Source: Octopus vulgaris
Taxonomy: Eukaryota
Direction: 5' to 3'
NCBI GenBank assembly: GCA_951406725.2
Contig: OX597819.1
Location: forward strand, 44,888,001 to 44,952,000
DNA length: 64,000 nucleotides
Part shown: piece by piece, positions 11,843 to 26,385 of the stretch
Position numbering within the stretch: position 1 is the first letter of the stretch
How the letters are laid out: each line of letters starts with the position of its first letter
Made by a program: the position numbers and the translations under genes
The notes under the pieces: generated by a model
Database searches by the model: none
What the model saw: the letters and a program-made list of their open reading frames with translations, nothing else
Told to the model about the DNA's origin: nothing

Positions 11843-12675
11843 CCATACACATATCCATACATGCATGATTAAGCACTTCGTGAGATAAAGTAGTTTGCAG
11901 AGGTGGTGAGATAATATATACACTGTATACACACTATCGATATATACACTTTCACTGTTTCTCGATATCGTCTACTATGAAGCAATATTAACTAACTTGA
12001 ATGTAGTAGTCTTTGCTTGTTATACACACAGAGTTTTTGACGGTCAGAAAAGAACTTAAAACCACTTAATTCTGTCCTTTCTGCAGCCGAGGTCATCGAA
12101 GTTTGCCGCAAAAAGGCTTTTATGATGTCGCGTATTTGATGTTGAATGATTTAAAATTTGTTTCAATGCTTTTGTTGTGCATCGGCACATGATGTTAGCT
12201 TCGGTTTGCTGTGATAACAATGGTGGACTTAACAATACAGACAAGATATTCTATGCAGTTTTGCCAATGAACATACATACATACATACAAGCATAAACAC
12301 ACACACACACATACACACACACACACACACACGGACACACATCTATATGTACGTGGGTGTGTATGCATGTGTGTATGTGGGTGTATGTATGTATTTACAC
12401 AAGTGTGTGCGCATGTAACTAAGTAGATTATTTATATATGACTGGTCAGCACTAAACACACAGGTATGTGTATAAGCGATTTAATTCCTACGCACGTGGA
12501 ATACTAACACTCACACATACACACACACACACATACACACACACTCACACACGCAAGCGCACACGCGCACACACATGTATATAGTGTGTATGTGCGTGTA
12601 AGTGTGTGTCTGTGTGTTAGCTTACAGAGTTATAATTCTGTTACTAGCCTAGTGACTCTCAAAGCTTCAGAAACT

Positions 12676-12990
12676 ACTGGTAAGAAGTTTGTTTTTCAAC
12701 CACATGGTTCCCGGTTCAGTCCCACTCCGTGGCACCTTTGGGTAAGTGTCTTCTATTATAGCCCCAGCCCGACCAAAGCCTTGCGAGTGAATTTGGCAGT
12801 AAGAAACTGAATGAAGCCTGTCGTATATGTGTATACACACACACACACACACATACAGATATATCTCAGTGTGTGTCTTTGTGTGTCTGTTCGTCCCCCC
12901 GCCACAGCCGCTTGACAACAGTCGTTCGTGTGTTTACGTCCACGTAACATAGCGGTCCTGCTAAAGAAACTAATAAAATAAGTACCAGAC
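12676..12990 (+). mobile_element. SINE family 1, 3'-truncated at a (TAA)n array
   Basis: Head, CORE-like segment and the start of the 3' module are present. Confidence 0.8.
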
Positions 12991-12995
12991 ATATA

Positions 12996-12996
12996 A

Positions 12997-13040
<44 letters not shown>

Positions 13041-13048
13041 TAATTATA

Positions 13049-13080
<32 letters not shown>

Positions 13081-13156
13081 AATGATGATGATGATAATAA
13101 TAATAATAATGATGATGATAATGATGATGATGATAATGATGATGATGATGATGATG

Positions 13157-13207
<51 letters not shown>
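12996..13207. repeat. Compound (TAA)n/(TGA)n microsatellite
   Basis: Directly visible. Confidence 0.95.
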
Positions 13208-13355
13208 TTTTCTCCAATAGGCAGAAGGCCTGAAATTTGGGTGGTGGAGTAGTCGATTACATCGACCACAATACTCAACTGGTACTTGATTTATCGGCCT
13301 CGAAAAGATGAAAGGCAATGTCGACCTCGTCGGGATTTGAACTCAGAACGTAGTG
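13208..13355 (-). mobile_element. SINE family 2 fragment
   Basis: Reverse complement of the central domain and the ggcctt..agaaaa tail. Confidence 0.75.
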
Positions 13356-13520
13356 ACATTCTTCAAGGCCCTACCCCAGCTTCGCTGTAGTCTAATGGCA
13401 AAAACATGTAAAAGTAAAAGTGAAAAAAGTGAATCGAATTAAAGTATAAAATTTACATTCTGATGTATTAAGTACTTAATGTGCAAAGGATCTCTTCACA
13501 TGAATTAGCTCAGAATAATA

Positions 13521-13753
13521 TAGGGTGTTCAAAACGTCTCTCCGCAGGAAGTATTTGATGGTTTTTCGGGCGATTCTTGTACACTGATCCTTTACTTGCT
13601 TCCCGGAAAAAAATGTCTGGCTGTTTTAAATCAGGTGATCTTGGTTACCAAAGTCCCTCCGAATTAATCCATTCACCGAAAACTCTTGAAGTAGCACCAT
13701 GGTGATGCGCAAAATGGAAAAAATCACTGCGGAGAGAATTTTTGAACACCCTG
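13521..13753. mobile_element. Tc1/mariner-derived MITE, 233 bp
   Basis: 27-bp TIRs (tagggtgttcaaaacgtctctccgcag / ctgcggagagaatttttgaacaccctg, 24/27 match) with TA flanks; residual PRSPDL codons on the minus strand. Confidence 0.8.
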
Positions 13754-14764
13754 TATAATAAATATTATAATGTTTAGACGTAAGAAGAAAAAACAAAAAC
13801 GAAATTCATTGCTCTTGGAAAAGTTTTCTATTTCAGTAAAAGTAACTAACCAATAGAATAGTTAATTAGTGCTTCTTTTGTTATCATATTCAACAAAGAA
13901 AGCTCGTATGCTTATGAGAGCGGAATATTACCTATATATTGATATATTTTGACATATGTCTTTAGAGTACTACGAATTGATGTGGTGGAAAAAAAAATGG
14001 CAAAGGCTTTGTTATGTGGTTGAGAATTTCGATTGACAATGACGTGAATCAAAGTTCCATTCCTTGTACGTGTAATCCAAGTGTAATCTGGGGATCTGGT
14101 AGAGTTATTGACAAACTAATGAAATAGGAGTAATGTGTTGTAAAATTATTCGACATATTGTCGTTGAAGCTCGGGAAGAAATAGACTTTTCTATATTCGT
14201 AGCATTGATATTAAAACTAAAATTCGGGATGCATCCGGTAGCCACGTAATTCGCCCGTATCTATACATTGGTGTCCATCGAAAAAATAAGCATCGCCGCC
14301 GCGTCTTCCAGAAAACAGACAAACAATATATGAAGGATAAACTGTGAGATTAATTCAAATATGAAACTAGTGTCGATCATCTGTTTTGTTCGCAAGGCCG
14401 TTGTACATTATAAGTTTGTTCCGTGTGTTCAGACGAACAATAAATATTTTTCTTGGATGCTTTGAAGCGTTTGAGAGAAACAGTGTAGAGTTGGATTCGT
14501 GAGGCATAGCGAAACAAAATATGGAGGTATCCATTGTCTGCATTTATATAGATATGCATTAATACGTTTATATTGATTTCAACAATATAATTCAAAGTAT
14601 CGAATTTGTTATAATTCAGTTATTCTGGTCATGTGATTTTTCTTCGGAAACTTGAAGAAAATTATATCTAGCAAATTTCATTCTCTCTTTTATTTTCATA
14701 TTTATTTTTTCATTTATTATTTTTTTTTCGTTAAGATCTTTCAAATTTAGTTACCAGCGTGTTC

Positions 14765-15205
14765 TGATTTGCTGGCAGAATCGTTAGCGGGTCCACTAGC
14801 ATTGCTTCGTGACATTTATTCCGGCTTAAAAAAATATATATATTTAAGATTCTGAGATCAAATCCCGCTGAAGTTAAATTCGCTTTTCATATTTTCTGGC
14901 TCAGTAAAATAAAGTATTAGTCAAGTTCTGAAGCGATGTAATCAACTGACCCTTTCCCCTAAAACTGCTGTTTTTGTAACAAAATCTAAAAATATTATAA
15001 GGCGGCACACTGGCACACGCATGACAAAATGTTTATCGGCATTTCTTTTCCTTCTTTACGCTTTGAATGCAAATACTGCTGAGGCTGCTTTAGTATTTTT
15101 ACTTCTCTGGTGCCAATAAAATGATACCAGTTGGGAACTAGTGTCGATGTAATAGACTACCCTTCCTACCGAAATTGCTAGGCTTGCGTCTAAATTTGAA
15201 AAAGT
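14765..15205 (+). mobile_element. Two old tandem SINE family 2 copies
   Basis: Degenerate ctggcagaatcgttagc, ttttcat..aaataaagta and gtcgatgtaat motifs, each occurring twice. Confidence 0.65.
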
Positions 15206-15410
15206 TATTACTATTACTATTTTGTTACTCATCGCTACGTCGTTGTGAAAAATATTTATTAATCATGCACGTATCTTTATATATTGTTCAAAGTAAAAGA
15301 CTGTTTTTAAAGTCTGTGTATTATATATATGTTGAAAGACATACAGAAAAACACACCCCAACGAGCACACACACAAACACAACCTGCCCTCCGAAAAACT
15401 ATAAGTATTA

Positions 15411-15832
15411 TCTATTATCTGTCTGTGTGTGTGTCTTCTAGGATCTCGGGCATCCTCCATCCTCCATCCGATTGCGCTCAAATTTGATATGTAGATACCG
15501 ACGGTATCAGGGCGTGTATAAGTCTTTAAAAAATTACAAAAATAGATTCCAGGTGAGAATGCGATCGATAAATCCGTTCCATCAGTCAACAGCCTTATCA
15601 TTACTGGTACTTTAAACTCTTCAGTTACATATTTGTGTGAATTAAGTCGTTTTTCTTTGGAATAGAAAAAAGTCTATCTTTATTTCTTCTTTTGCTGGTG
15701 TCTCAAATTTAGGTTAAATCAGTGTTTCCCAAACGGGAGGCCTATGGAACGGTCGGACAAGTTGTTTTGAGAAAATTTGGTTTAAATGTTTGACAACTCA
15801 ACACCGTCTATTGGATGTGGGGCGTTTTGCTC

Positions 15833-15833
<1 letters not shown>
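15411..15833 (+). mobile_element. Non-autonomous Helitron-like element, copy 1
   Basis: A|TC 5' end and CTCG|T 3' end; the 5' ~165 bp and 3' ~60 bp are shared with 39022-39420. Confidence 0.65.
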
Positions 15834-15897
<64 letters not shown>

Positions 15898-18053
15898 GTC
15901 CTTTTTTAAAAAAATGTGTTGCGTTTTGTAGACAGATTTGCACATGAAATTCTCGCGTTTTTAATCAAAACTTGTTAGTCACTAAAGTGATAACCACCAC
16001 CTTTTTATATATTGTTCACTCTCTTTCTCCCTCCTCTCTCTTTCTCACTCTCTGTACTTCTCTTTCAACAACAATTTGTCTCCTCCCATCCTTCCTTCTC
16101 CTTGCACAGATGTTTTTACGTACAGAAAGACGGAGATCAGCTTCCCTATTATAATAAATGAAGTACATGTATCGGTTTATAGCCCCCACCCAGAGAAGGA
16201 AAAGCCCATGCCAGATGAGGATTCCCCCACCCTTTATTTCTGTCTTAGACCTTATTCAGAAGAAGAAGACTTTAACAAATGTCTTTTTGAAATATGTAAG
16301 AATGGTGGAGAAAGATAAAGACGAAGCCACAAACCAACGATCTGGACTGAATATTGTGAAGAGTAAAAAACTAAAGGCACCTAAGAGTCAAATGGTGATG
16401 TTAAACCAGATGAAGTATTAAGTCTATAACCCAACAACGGATACAATTTAACTAATGATTTTTCACACGGTTACAGCCAACACAACTTTACTCAGAAGTC
16501 GCTATGATGTGCTATCGAACCCGAAAAGTTATGATATCGAAGCGATCTTGTTAACCACGACGGACATGACATTATAAATCGCCTCGTTGATATTATGGAG
16601 GAACGGCAGTTAAACGTTTAATTAACACTGCATAGTATAGCTAACATTTAATATACATTGCGTAGTATAGTTAACTAAAATCAAGGAAGAACATCAGAAA
16701 TAAATATTTCCGGAAGAAGAAAATAGGTGTCTTGTTCAGCAGATAAAATTGTAATGACAGTAAGCATCAGTCATTTATTGAAACAATTCTTGACTAATGA
16801 CTGGAAAAATGGATGCAGACGTACATTTGGAAAGTGTAAGAAATTAGGTTTGTAATTCGTAGAGATTGAATAGCCTAAGCTAAAATAACGTGCAGGAAAG
16901 CAAACAAACAAGCATTGCTGAAACAAATTAAATTCTGAAACAATATAGAAAGACTAGTATTTCTTCAAAAGCATCATCTATTTGTTCACGAAATGGAAAA
17001 TATTAGTTTGATCTAATCAAGATGAGAAGTCCAACTTTCTGAGCAGAAAAAAAACCTTTGAGGGACAAAATGATTATTGTAAATATCTAGCATACGACGA
17101 TACGAGGTAGTTTAAAAGAAAAACCGGAGAAAGTTGAAGTAAAACTAATGAAGGCAGTGTCTTAGTTTGATCTCTGCTCAATAACTGAAACTTGTAGAAA
17201 AATAAGATATTTGTACTCACTATTTACCATCGTAGACAATCTCGAGATTCACTGGAATTCCATTGTTTCTCAGGCAACTGATAGAACGGATGAAGATTTT
17301 CCCATCTTCCCAATTGCCACAAATTATGCCTGAAAAGATCAAATGTAAACTTACAGAAAATTACTCTCAAAGGGTAGGAGTACTTGGTGAAAAATCACCC
17401 GTTATGATATCGATGTATTTTCATCAGGGAAGGTTTGGAAAATAGTGTCGCACACAATACTTTTTTTTATATTCATAAACAATGTACGTTATTGTGGAAA
17501 ACGTATAGTACGGAAATTCTCAAACCAGAGTACGCGAACCTTAGGATAGCAAGAGAAATTGCGGAGCTATGCTAGGTTTGTAAACATAACAACATTATAA
17601 TGTAATAGCAACCAACTAAACGTAACACATTCGTGTGGAGGGCCCTTGGGTGTTCCTATTCACTAATTATTGTGGTTAAAGAATTTTAAACAATTTTCAT
17701 AAATAAAAACAAATTTATTTAAAAGTGAGAATGATGTGCGAGTGTGCTTCTCTAAAACTGCTTCGTATTGACTTACTTATTAAAAAGAGAATATTTGGGA
17801 CGACCCAGAAAACCGCTAAGCAGTATTAGTCTCTTGCCTGACCAGAAATAAAAAAACAAATCTCACTCAAATTATACTTCGCTTGCTGAAAAATAGTAGG
17901 GAGAAATGAGATCAATTGCAGTCTTGATCTTCCGTAATACAGACGATAGCTCCGGGAAGCTGGAAATCTGCTAATCCTTTACTTATGGATTCAAGTTTAA
18001 TATATGGAGCTAAACAACAAAAGCAACAACAACAGCAGCAGCAGCTGTTGTTG

Positions 18054-18106
<53 letters not shown>

Positions 18107-18367
18107 GCTACTACTACTACGACGACGACGACGACGACACAATTTTAAAGAAAGAAAAATCACCGAAATCACCAAAATTTCAATTTTACGAAAGAAGCAC
18201 TTGTATTTCCGTAAGGAAAGGATCCCATTTCTAAGAAATTGAAATCAAATTCAGATCATTCTGTCTTCATTTGCTGCAGATCGTCCAAAGTCTTGTTCTG
18301 TGTGGAATTTCCTAAAAGAAGACTGAGCAGAAATCTATTGTATAAAATTATGCGTGTGTGCGTTTAT

Positions 18368-18562
18368 CAAAGATGTATATTCCGGGTGTGCTATGTGTGC
18401 GAAGAACACCCAGCAAAAATGGTATATTTCATTATAAATATTAACCTTACTCATTAATTTAATTACAAATCTTAATGGAACAATTTTGTTATACCCCTGC
18501 TTGAAATTTGGTGGCATTGGGGGTGGCAGCATACTCACTACCATAAACATCATACGCCCCTG
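18368..18562 (+). mobile_element. Short TIR MITE (hAT-like); second partial copy at 60531-60676 (-)
   Basis: Ends tacgcccctg, and the other copy begins caggggcgta on its strand. Shared core cattataaatattaaccttactcatta. Confidence 0.6.
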
Positions 18563-19292
18563 GGTTTATGTGTTTGTGTGTGAGTCTTTGTATATCCGTA
18601 TACATACATGACGGAGAAATGAGGCAGATTTCGATACATTGTTCCTGTTACGTTTAATTGATCGATAAAATAAGTGTGAATCAAGGAAGTGCTGGTTTAA
18701 ATATAATCGATTGAACCTGAACACTATATTGATGATCGATGACCCAGAATGGCGACCGTCTAAAGACTAAGAACCATCGAAAGAAAGTAAAATAAACATT
18801 GGTCTCCGTTATTCAGCAAAATTGGAAAAAAGTATGCTCTGACTTTTAGCCTTTACTTGTTTCAGTCGTTAGATTACGGCCACGCCCTCGCAACGTCTTG
18901 AAGGTGCAATATCATGGCCGTAAAATATCACCCTGGCACTTGCTTTTTTCTATGCCTATCCCAGCAGACTGTTGGCGAACTGGTGCAGAGAAGCCGGTGA
19001 TACGGAACACAAACACAAAGATATATACACATAGAACTACATATATATATACAATTTAAAAAATAGGATAAAATCTTCATAAGAATTTATCAAGTAGTTA
19101 GCGTGAAAAACCTCATAAGAGAAAATACCATCAATTTTTTTCTTTTAAATTTATTTATTTATATTATATAGAGGGTGCTCTCACACATAGATGCCACACG
19201 CTAGAAGGGACTCTTAAAGTCAAAACTATTAAAATAGATAAACACATAGTACCGAAACAATTCTCGAAGCAGAGAATATAGTGCCCTCTATA

Positions 19293-19326
<34 letters not shown>

Positions 19327-19678
19327 CTGTATTTCGGAGCGGTCGTTTTTCTTTTGTTTGCCAAATAAACAAACACACTATATATTCATTCTTCATTCGC
19401 TTATTACTGTTCCTTTTTTAACTCATGTCCATTGTCCAGAAATCTTTCGTCACACGTCTGTGACATGTTCAGTCATACTTTCCGTCCTCGTGTGAGCTCT
19501 TGCTCCGTTTAGTTCATTCTCTTTAGAATGCAACAGTAATAAATGGGTGAAGAACGAATATATAGTGTTTATTTGGCAAAAATAATAAAAAAGGGAAATG
19601 ACCATCCTCCACAACAATATCTATTTCAACAGTTTAACAACGGGTATCTTGCAACGAAAATTCATAAAAGTCTGTGTG

Positions 19679-19813
<135 letters not shown>

Positions 19814-19902
19814 AGAATTTGCATTAAAAAAAATAATAAAAGATGAAGACGGGTGTGTAAACAAACAGATGTATTAGTTTAACGCTCGAGAAGTGAGAAA
19901 GT

Positions 19903-19938
19903 CTTTTACGTTTCGAGCCTACGCTCTTCAACAGAAAG
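19903..19938 (-). ncRNA. HHR-like motif, repeat family A (CUGUYGA core)
   Basis: cttt-CTGTTGA-a-GAGC gtag GCTC-GAAA-CG-TA-aaag, in a ~175-bp element adjoining (TA)n. Confidence 0.5.
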
Positions 19939-19988
19939 GAACACAGAAATAAACATGGAGAGAAAATAGAAAATGTTTAGTGGCTGTA

Positions 19989-20370
<382 letters not shown>

Positions 20371-20402
20371 TATATATATATATATGAATGTATGTATATA
20401 TC

Positions 20403-20435
<33 letters not shown>

Positions 20436-20751
20436 AAATTGCGACTAGCCACATTAATGATTTATAATTTTCATTTTATCATTTAGTTAAATCGGCCCGC
20501 TGATTCCCATGGTATTTTCTATAAACTGACAAGGCGAGTTCAGTTGATAATCTGACTTCCTCGCTTGTTGTTGTCTCCCTTGTCAGTCAATAGTTAAGTG
20601 GTTTACCCGTGGATGAGAGTTGTCTTGACTCTTATTTCTAGCAATGTTGGTGCTGACTTGCACCCTTTTGTCTCTTTAGTAACGATTGTACTTGTGCTTT
20701 TAGTTTTAAATTGTAACCGGCCACCTTAATAATTTATAATCACACACTCAT

Positions 20752-20784
<33 letters not shown>

Positions 20785-20827
20785 CACACACACACAGACA
20801 CACACACACACACACACACAAATACGT

Positions 20828-21244
20828 AGGCGGGTTTCTCTCGATTTCCATCTGCTAAATCCGCTCACAAGGGTTTGGTTATAGAAGGTAGCTGCCCATA
20901 TTACCACGCAGTGAGGTTTAGTCCGGAACCATATAGTTGAGAAGCAAGCTTCTTACTACACAGTGACACCTGCGCCTGTTGCTAGGCCTACGCCTGAATT
21001 CTTTTATTCTTTTATCCTTTTACTTGTTTCAGTCATTTGACTGTGGTCATGCCGGTGCACCACCTTTTTAGTCGAGCAAATCGACCCCAGGACTTATTCT
21101 TTGTATGACTAGTACTTATTCTACCGCTAAGTTACGGGGACGTAAACACACCAGCATCGGTTGGCAAGCGATGTTAGGGGGACAAACACAGACACACAAA
21201 CACATACACATATATATGCATATATATATATGCATATATATATA

Positions 21245-21309
<65 letters not shown>

Positions 21310-21472
21310 GACGGACTTCTTTCAGTTTCTGTCTACCAAATCCACTCAAAAGGCTTTGGTCGGCCCGAGGCTATAGTAGAAGAGACTTACCCAAAGTGCC
21401 ACACAGTGGGGCTGAACCCGGAACCATGTGGTTGGTAAGCAAGCTACTTACCACATAGCCACTGCTGCGCCT
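20828..21472 (-). mobile_element. SINE family 1: old 5' half (20828-20977) plus a near-full copy (21001-21472)
   Basis: Reverse complement of head, CORE-like segment, microsatellite and 3' module. Confidence 0.85.
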
Positions 21473-22019
21473 AATGTTCATGAAAATTTAGAAACTGATG
21501 TTTCACGTATATTTGTTTGTCGGAGACACTCGAAGCATTTATTGATAGTATTGAATAAACGGAAAAAGTAGATGGAAGAAAAAAAGAAAGAGCGGAAGAG
21601 AGAAAGAGAGAAAGAGAGAGGGGACAGAGACAGAGAAAGAGAAGAAGAGGGAGAGGGGGAGTTTATATATTGAAGTATGAAGGAGTTATATTTGGCATGA
21701 ATGGAAATAGGCGTTAATTGATGAATGTAAAATTTTGCCCTCAAGCATAGGCCCAATATTTTTTTCTTTCGATAATTCATTACATTCTTTATGATAACCG
21801 GATAATTAACTTTAGTTAAAAGAAAATTAGTCATACGCTTGATCATCAATGCAGGTAAGTATAGTGATTCGCTTATTACGAATAGAGCAAGGAATGAAGA
21901 AACTATGCTTCGTTGACACAACGTCTCGTAACACTGAAACATACCTGGAGTTGTTGCCCCTACTTGCTAAAATAAATTTTATTTGGCACTGCTTAAGTAT
22001 TATTATTTAGTTAGATAAA

Positions 22020-22895
22020 AGCAGCGAGTAGGCGCAATCGCTATCATGCCGGGCAAAACGCTTATCGGCATTTCGTCTATCATGACGTTCTGAGTTAAAA
22101 TTCTGTCGAGTTAGACTTGGTCTTTCATCCTTTCGGGTTACGATAAATTAAACTGCATTCAAACACTGGAGTCGATATAATCAACTACTCCTCTCTCCAT
22201 CAAATTTAGGGCCTTGTGCTTATAGTAGTAATGCACGGCAGCGAGATGGCAGAATCGCTGCCACGCTGGGCTAAATGCTTAAGATCAAATTCCACCGAGG
22301 TTGACTTTTCGTTAGATCATTTAGGCCTAGATAATTAGGCCTAGATAATCAGGCCTAGATAATTAGGCCTAGATAATCAGTTAAAACACTTCGGTTGATG
22401 TAATCGACTGTCCCACGCCCTGTAAATTTCGAACCTTGTTCCGATAGTAGAAAGTATTATTTAATTAGAGAAAAGTGGAAGGCGGCGAGCTGGCAGAATC
22501 GTTAGCACACCGGGCGAAATGCGTAACCGTAATTCGACTGCCGTTACGTTCTGAGTTCAAATTCCGCCGAGGTCGACTTTGCCTTTCATCCTTTCGGGGT
22601 CGATTAAATAAGTACCAGTTACGCTCTGGAGTCGATGTAATCGACTTAATCCGTTTGTCTGTCTTTGTTTGTCCTCTCTGTATTTAGCCCCTTGTGGGTA
22701 GTAAAGAAATAGGTATTTCGTCTGCCGCTACGTTCTGAGTTCAAATTCAACCGAGGTCGACTTTGCCATTCTTCCTTTCGGGGTCGATTAAATGAGTACC
22801 AATTATGCACTGGGGTCGATGTAATCGACTTAATTCCTTTATCTGTCCTTGTTTGTCCCCTCTATGTTTAGCCTCATGTGGGCAATAAATAAATA
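22020..22895 (+). mobile_element. Head-to-tail array of four SINE family 2 units
   Basis: Units start at ~22020, 22236, 22481 and 22712 (headless). The second unit contains a 14-bp tandem repeat (aggcctagataaty)x4. Confidence 0.85.
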
Positions 22896-23820
22896 AAAGA
22901 AAGATGCCATACAAGGAACTGACAACAAGAACAGTGGTTTGTATCATATCACCGGTTCTCCGAGATTTTCTTTCCGTCCGAGATTGAATCTTGGAGTCCG
23001 ATAAATAAGTGACAATTGAGAGGGCAAGCCAAAATGAGGCCAAGTATTCGAGTATTTATGTTATTATCTCAAAACCCATGGAATGGTAAGTGTTCATTTG
23101 TTTGTTTGTTTTTCTTTTAGCCGCATGACAAAACGTATCCCGGTCTTTGATAAACTGTCTCTTAGGAATCACAGACTATAATATCCAACACATTCTCTCT
23201 CTCTCTTTCCGTCTTTCTCTCTCTATTCTTCCTTCTTTCTCTCTGTCTCTCTTTTTCTCTCTCTATTCCTTTCTCTGTCTCTCTCTCTTTCTCACTCTTT
23301 CTCTCTCTTCTTCTCTCTCTCTCACTCTCTCACTCTGTCCTTCCAACTCTGTCTCTATGTCCATCTCTCTAGCTTTCTCTCTCTCTCTCACTCTGTCTCA
23401 CCCACTCTTTCTCTCTTTCTCTGCCTCTATTTATGTCTGTGTGTCTGTCTGCCTATCTCTCTCTGTCCCTCTCTCTATCTTTCTTATTTAAGAGGCGACG
23501 ATGAAGATGTTCCTAGTAAGATGAGCAAACTTGTGCAGGGTCTATCGGTATTGATGATATAATTACTTGTCAAAAGCTGATTGCAACGTAATCAGTGATA
23601 TACTCCACCACCCACCACCACAACCACCTCAAGGTCGTTGGGTTGCAAATAAATTTAGGAACGTCCAATAAAATGTCTTGTTTTAATTAATTACCTCCCT
23701 TTATGACTTCAGTGATTCCAATTCCTGCTGGAGATGAGTTTGATTTCCAACCTGTCAGAATCGCTTTTCATTATATGTTCTGTCATGTACCTACGTTATA
23801 AATCATTACATAATCTAAGT

Positions 23821-23893
<73 letters not shown>

Positions 23894-24042
23894 AGGAAAA
23901 AATCTATCAGAAAGTAACTCTATCTCTCTTAAAAAAACATCTGTTGATAAGCATAACAAATGCGCAACCGGTAAAAAGAACTTCACCTAATTAAATTACT
24001 TAAATTACTTAAATTATTTTGTCAGCATTTTCTTCATTTCCT

Positions 24043-24099
<57 letters not shown>

Positions 24100-24104
24100 T
24101 TCTT

Positions 24105-24302
24105 TTTTCTTTTACTTGTTTCAGTTATTTGACAGTGGCCAAACTGGAGCACCGCCTCTTGTCGAACAAATCAACCCCAGGACTTATTTTTTGTAAGCCT
24201 AGAGTTTATATTATCGGTCACTTTTGCCGAACCCCTAATTTTCGGGGATGTAAACACACCAACATCGTTTGTCAAGCGATGGTGGAGGGGGGCTCAAACA
24301 CA
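24105..24302 (-). mobile_element. SINE family 1, 3' module
   Basis: ttttacttgtttcagt..ctggagcaccgcc..cacttttgccgaac. Confidence 0.8.
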
Positions 24303-24314
24303 AATATATATATG

Positions 24315-24381
<67 letters not shown>

Positions 24382-24452
24382 TTACATACATATACATACA
24401 TGCATATATACATGCATACTGACAGACAGACAGATAGACAGAGAGATCTATA

Positions 24453-24483
<31 letters not shown>

Positions 24484-24547
24484 GCAGACACTCACAAACA
24501 GACACAAACGCACACACACACACATACACTACACCTCCACATATATA

Positions 24548-25806
24548 CAAGGTGCGTTAGGTATTTGAGAACATAAATTTTGGCTGGCATTGTTGCATTT
24601 TTTGCTAACTCTGTATCATCTTTGAGAAAATAATAATGGCGGCCCCTCAGCTTACTCAAGAAAGAAAGAGGCATGCTGTTATTGTGGTTATAAAGGCTGA
24701 GCATAGCGATTTAGAAATATCTCATTTTTTAAATGTTCCCAGATCTTTCGTCTACAAAATTTTTAAAGAGCAAGAGGTTGAAGATGGAAAAGTATCACCA
24801 GTATCAAAGCATAAAAAGCATTCTAAACGCTCTGAAATCATCAGAAAACCTGAATTTATCCAGCAAGTTCAACAGACCGTTGATTACAATCCTAGAAAGT
24901 CCATGAGATCAATTGCAAAAGATCTCCATGTGTCAGAAGGAACAGTCAGAAATGTTGTCCCCGAAAACATTAGATAGAAAGCCTAATATGTTGAGGAAAT
25001 GTCAATTTGTCAGAAAAAGCAAAAAAAAAATAATTACACCAGATCTAAAATGCTTTTAAACAATCAGAAAAATCCAGCAGAAGATTTGATTTGGTATTTC
25101 TCAAAGAAGAAAAACTTCGACCATGATCAAAATGTTAACAGAAGAAATTTCAGATGGTTATGTGCAGACCCTTCTCAACTTCCAATTCTTATACATACAA
25201 AATTTCCTGAAACTGTCATGGTTTTAGGGGCTGTCAGCAATGAAGGACATGTGATGCCTCCTTACTTCTTTCTACAAGACCTTAGAGTTAACTCTGCCAC
25301 CTACATTGATGTCCTAGAAATAATTGTTAAGCCCAGAATAGACACTTTATGCAATGGAAAGCTACATATGTTTCAGTAAGACTATTCAGTAACACACATG
25401 GCTCTAGTAACACAGGAATGGATGGCTGAAAATTTTCATGATCACATAACCCGTAAGATTTTACCTTTCTAATTCCCTAGAACTCAACCCATTGGACTAT
25501 TACATGTGGAGCGTTGTTGAGAGAGAGGTCAATGCACACGCCCATAACACAAAAAATTCTTTGAAAGCTACCATAGTCAGAGTAATGTCCAAAATGAACC
25601 AGGAACACTTGATTCAAGTATATAGATGATTTAGATCTCATATGGAAACAGTTGTTGAAGCTGAAGGTGACTTTATTGAATAACATTATAGAAAGGAGAC
25701 TTATTTTTATCCTCATAGCATTTTTTGATAAATAAAGTTATTATCTGTTAATATATATCTGTTTTTTATAAACATAAATATGTCTTCAAATGTCTTACGC
25801 ACCCTG
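24548..25806 (+). mobile_element. Full-length decayed DD37D (maT) Tc1/mariner transposon, 1259 bp
   Basis: 28-bp imperfect TIRs (caaggtgcgttaggtatttgagaacata / tatgtcttcaaatgtcttacgcaccctg), with TA on the left flank and a transposase pseudogene inside. Confidence 0.92.
24636..25683 (+). pseudogene. maT/DD37D transposase pseudogene
   Basis: ORFs 24636-24977 (HTH, NPRKSMRSIAKDLHVS) and 24999-25379 (VMVLGAVSNEG, MFQ*D). The continuation NSLELNPLDYYMWSVVE..EAEGDFIE gives 37 residues between the last two Asp once a frameshift is corrected. Confidence 0.9.
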
Positions 25807-25811
25807 TGTAT

Positions 25812-26033
25812 ACATGTGACCGCGTGTGTACCGTTGGCGATTTTTTCCCTTCGTCTTTCCTTCTCTGGATCTTTCCTTCTCTGGATCTTTCCTTTTCCTA
25901 TGTTTCTAACGAAGAGCTCCGCTCGAAACGTTAAACCCTCCTTCTTCCCTTCCTACCCGAGCGTCCAATAATACTATATTTTTTCCACGTCCTCGCGTTG
26001 TGTTTTCTCTTTGTGTTTTCATGTTTGGATTAG

Positions 26034-26035
<2 letters not shown>
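25812..26035 (+). mobile_element. Repeat family B, copy 2, with HHR motif at 25902-25936
   Basis: gttt-CTAACGA-a-GAGC tcc GCTC-GAAA-CG-TT-aaac; reverse complement of 20163-20370. Confidence 0.65.
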
Positions 26036-26107
<72 letters not shown>

Positions 26108-26385
26108 TTGTATTTTAAAATAATTAAGATGGCTAGACGCAATTTAAAACCAAAAAGGAAATAATTCATCTTCAGTACAAGTGACCATGCGTGTAAGGAG
26201 CACCGCATTGCTAGAAATGAGAGTCTTTAGCTACAAAAGCACATGTTCTATGTATTGACATATGTATATTATTGTTATGCATATGTTCTTAACGAAAACA
26301 CTGACTTTGACTCACGGGACGAGACGTATCGTTTATCCAGAGAAAGCTATAAGCAATAACGTGTCCTCTGAAATGCATATTAAAT

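Noticed and set aside
12086-12190. Plus-strand splice acceptor followed by a short open frame (AEVIEVCRKKAFMMSRI*)
   Set aside because: It is isolated, with no partner exons or recognisable homology.
16076-16421. Overlapping ORFs in non-repetitive sequence
   Set aside because: No recognisable domain and no consistent exon chain.
16700-17450. A-rich stretch that may be another decayed non-LTR RT fragment
   Set aside because: Motifs are too eroded to support a call.
22323-22380. Regular 14-bp repeats, superficially CRISPR-like
   Set aside because: There are no spacers, the context is eukaryotic, and it is a simple tandem expansion inside a SINE.
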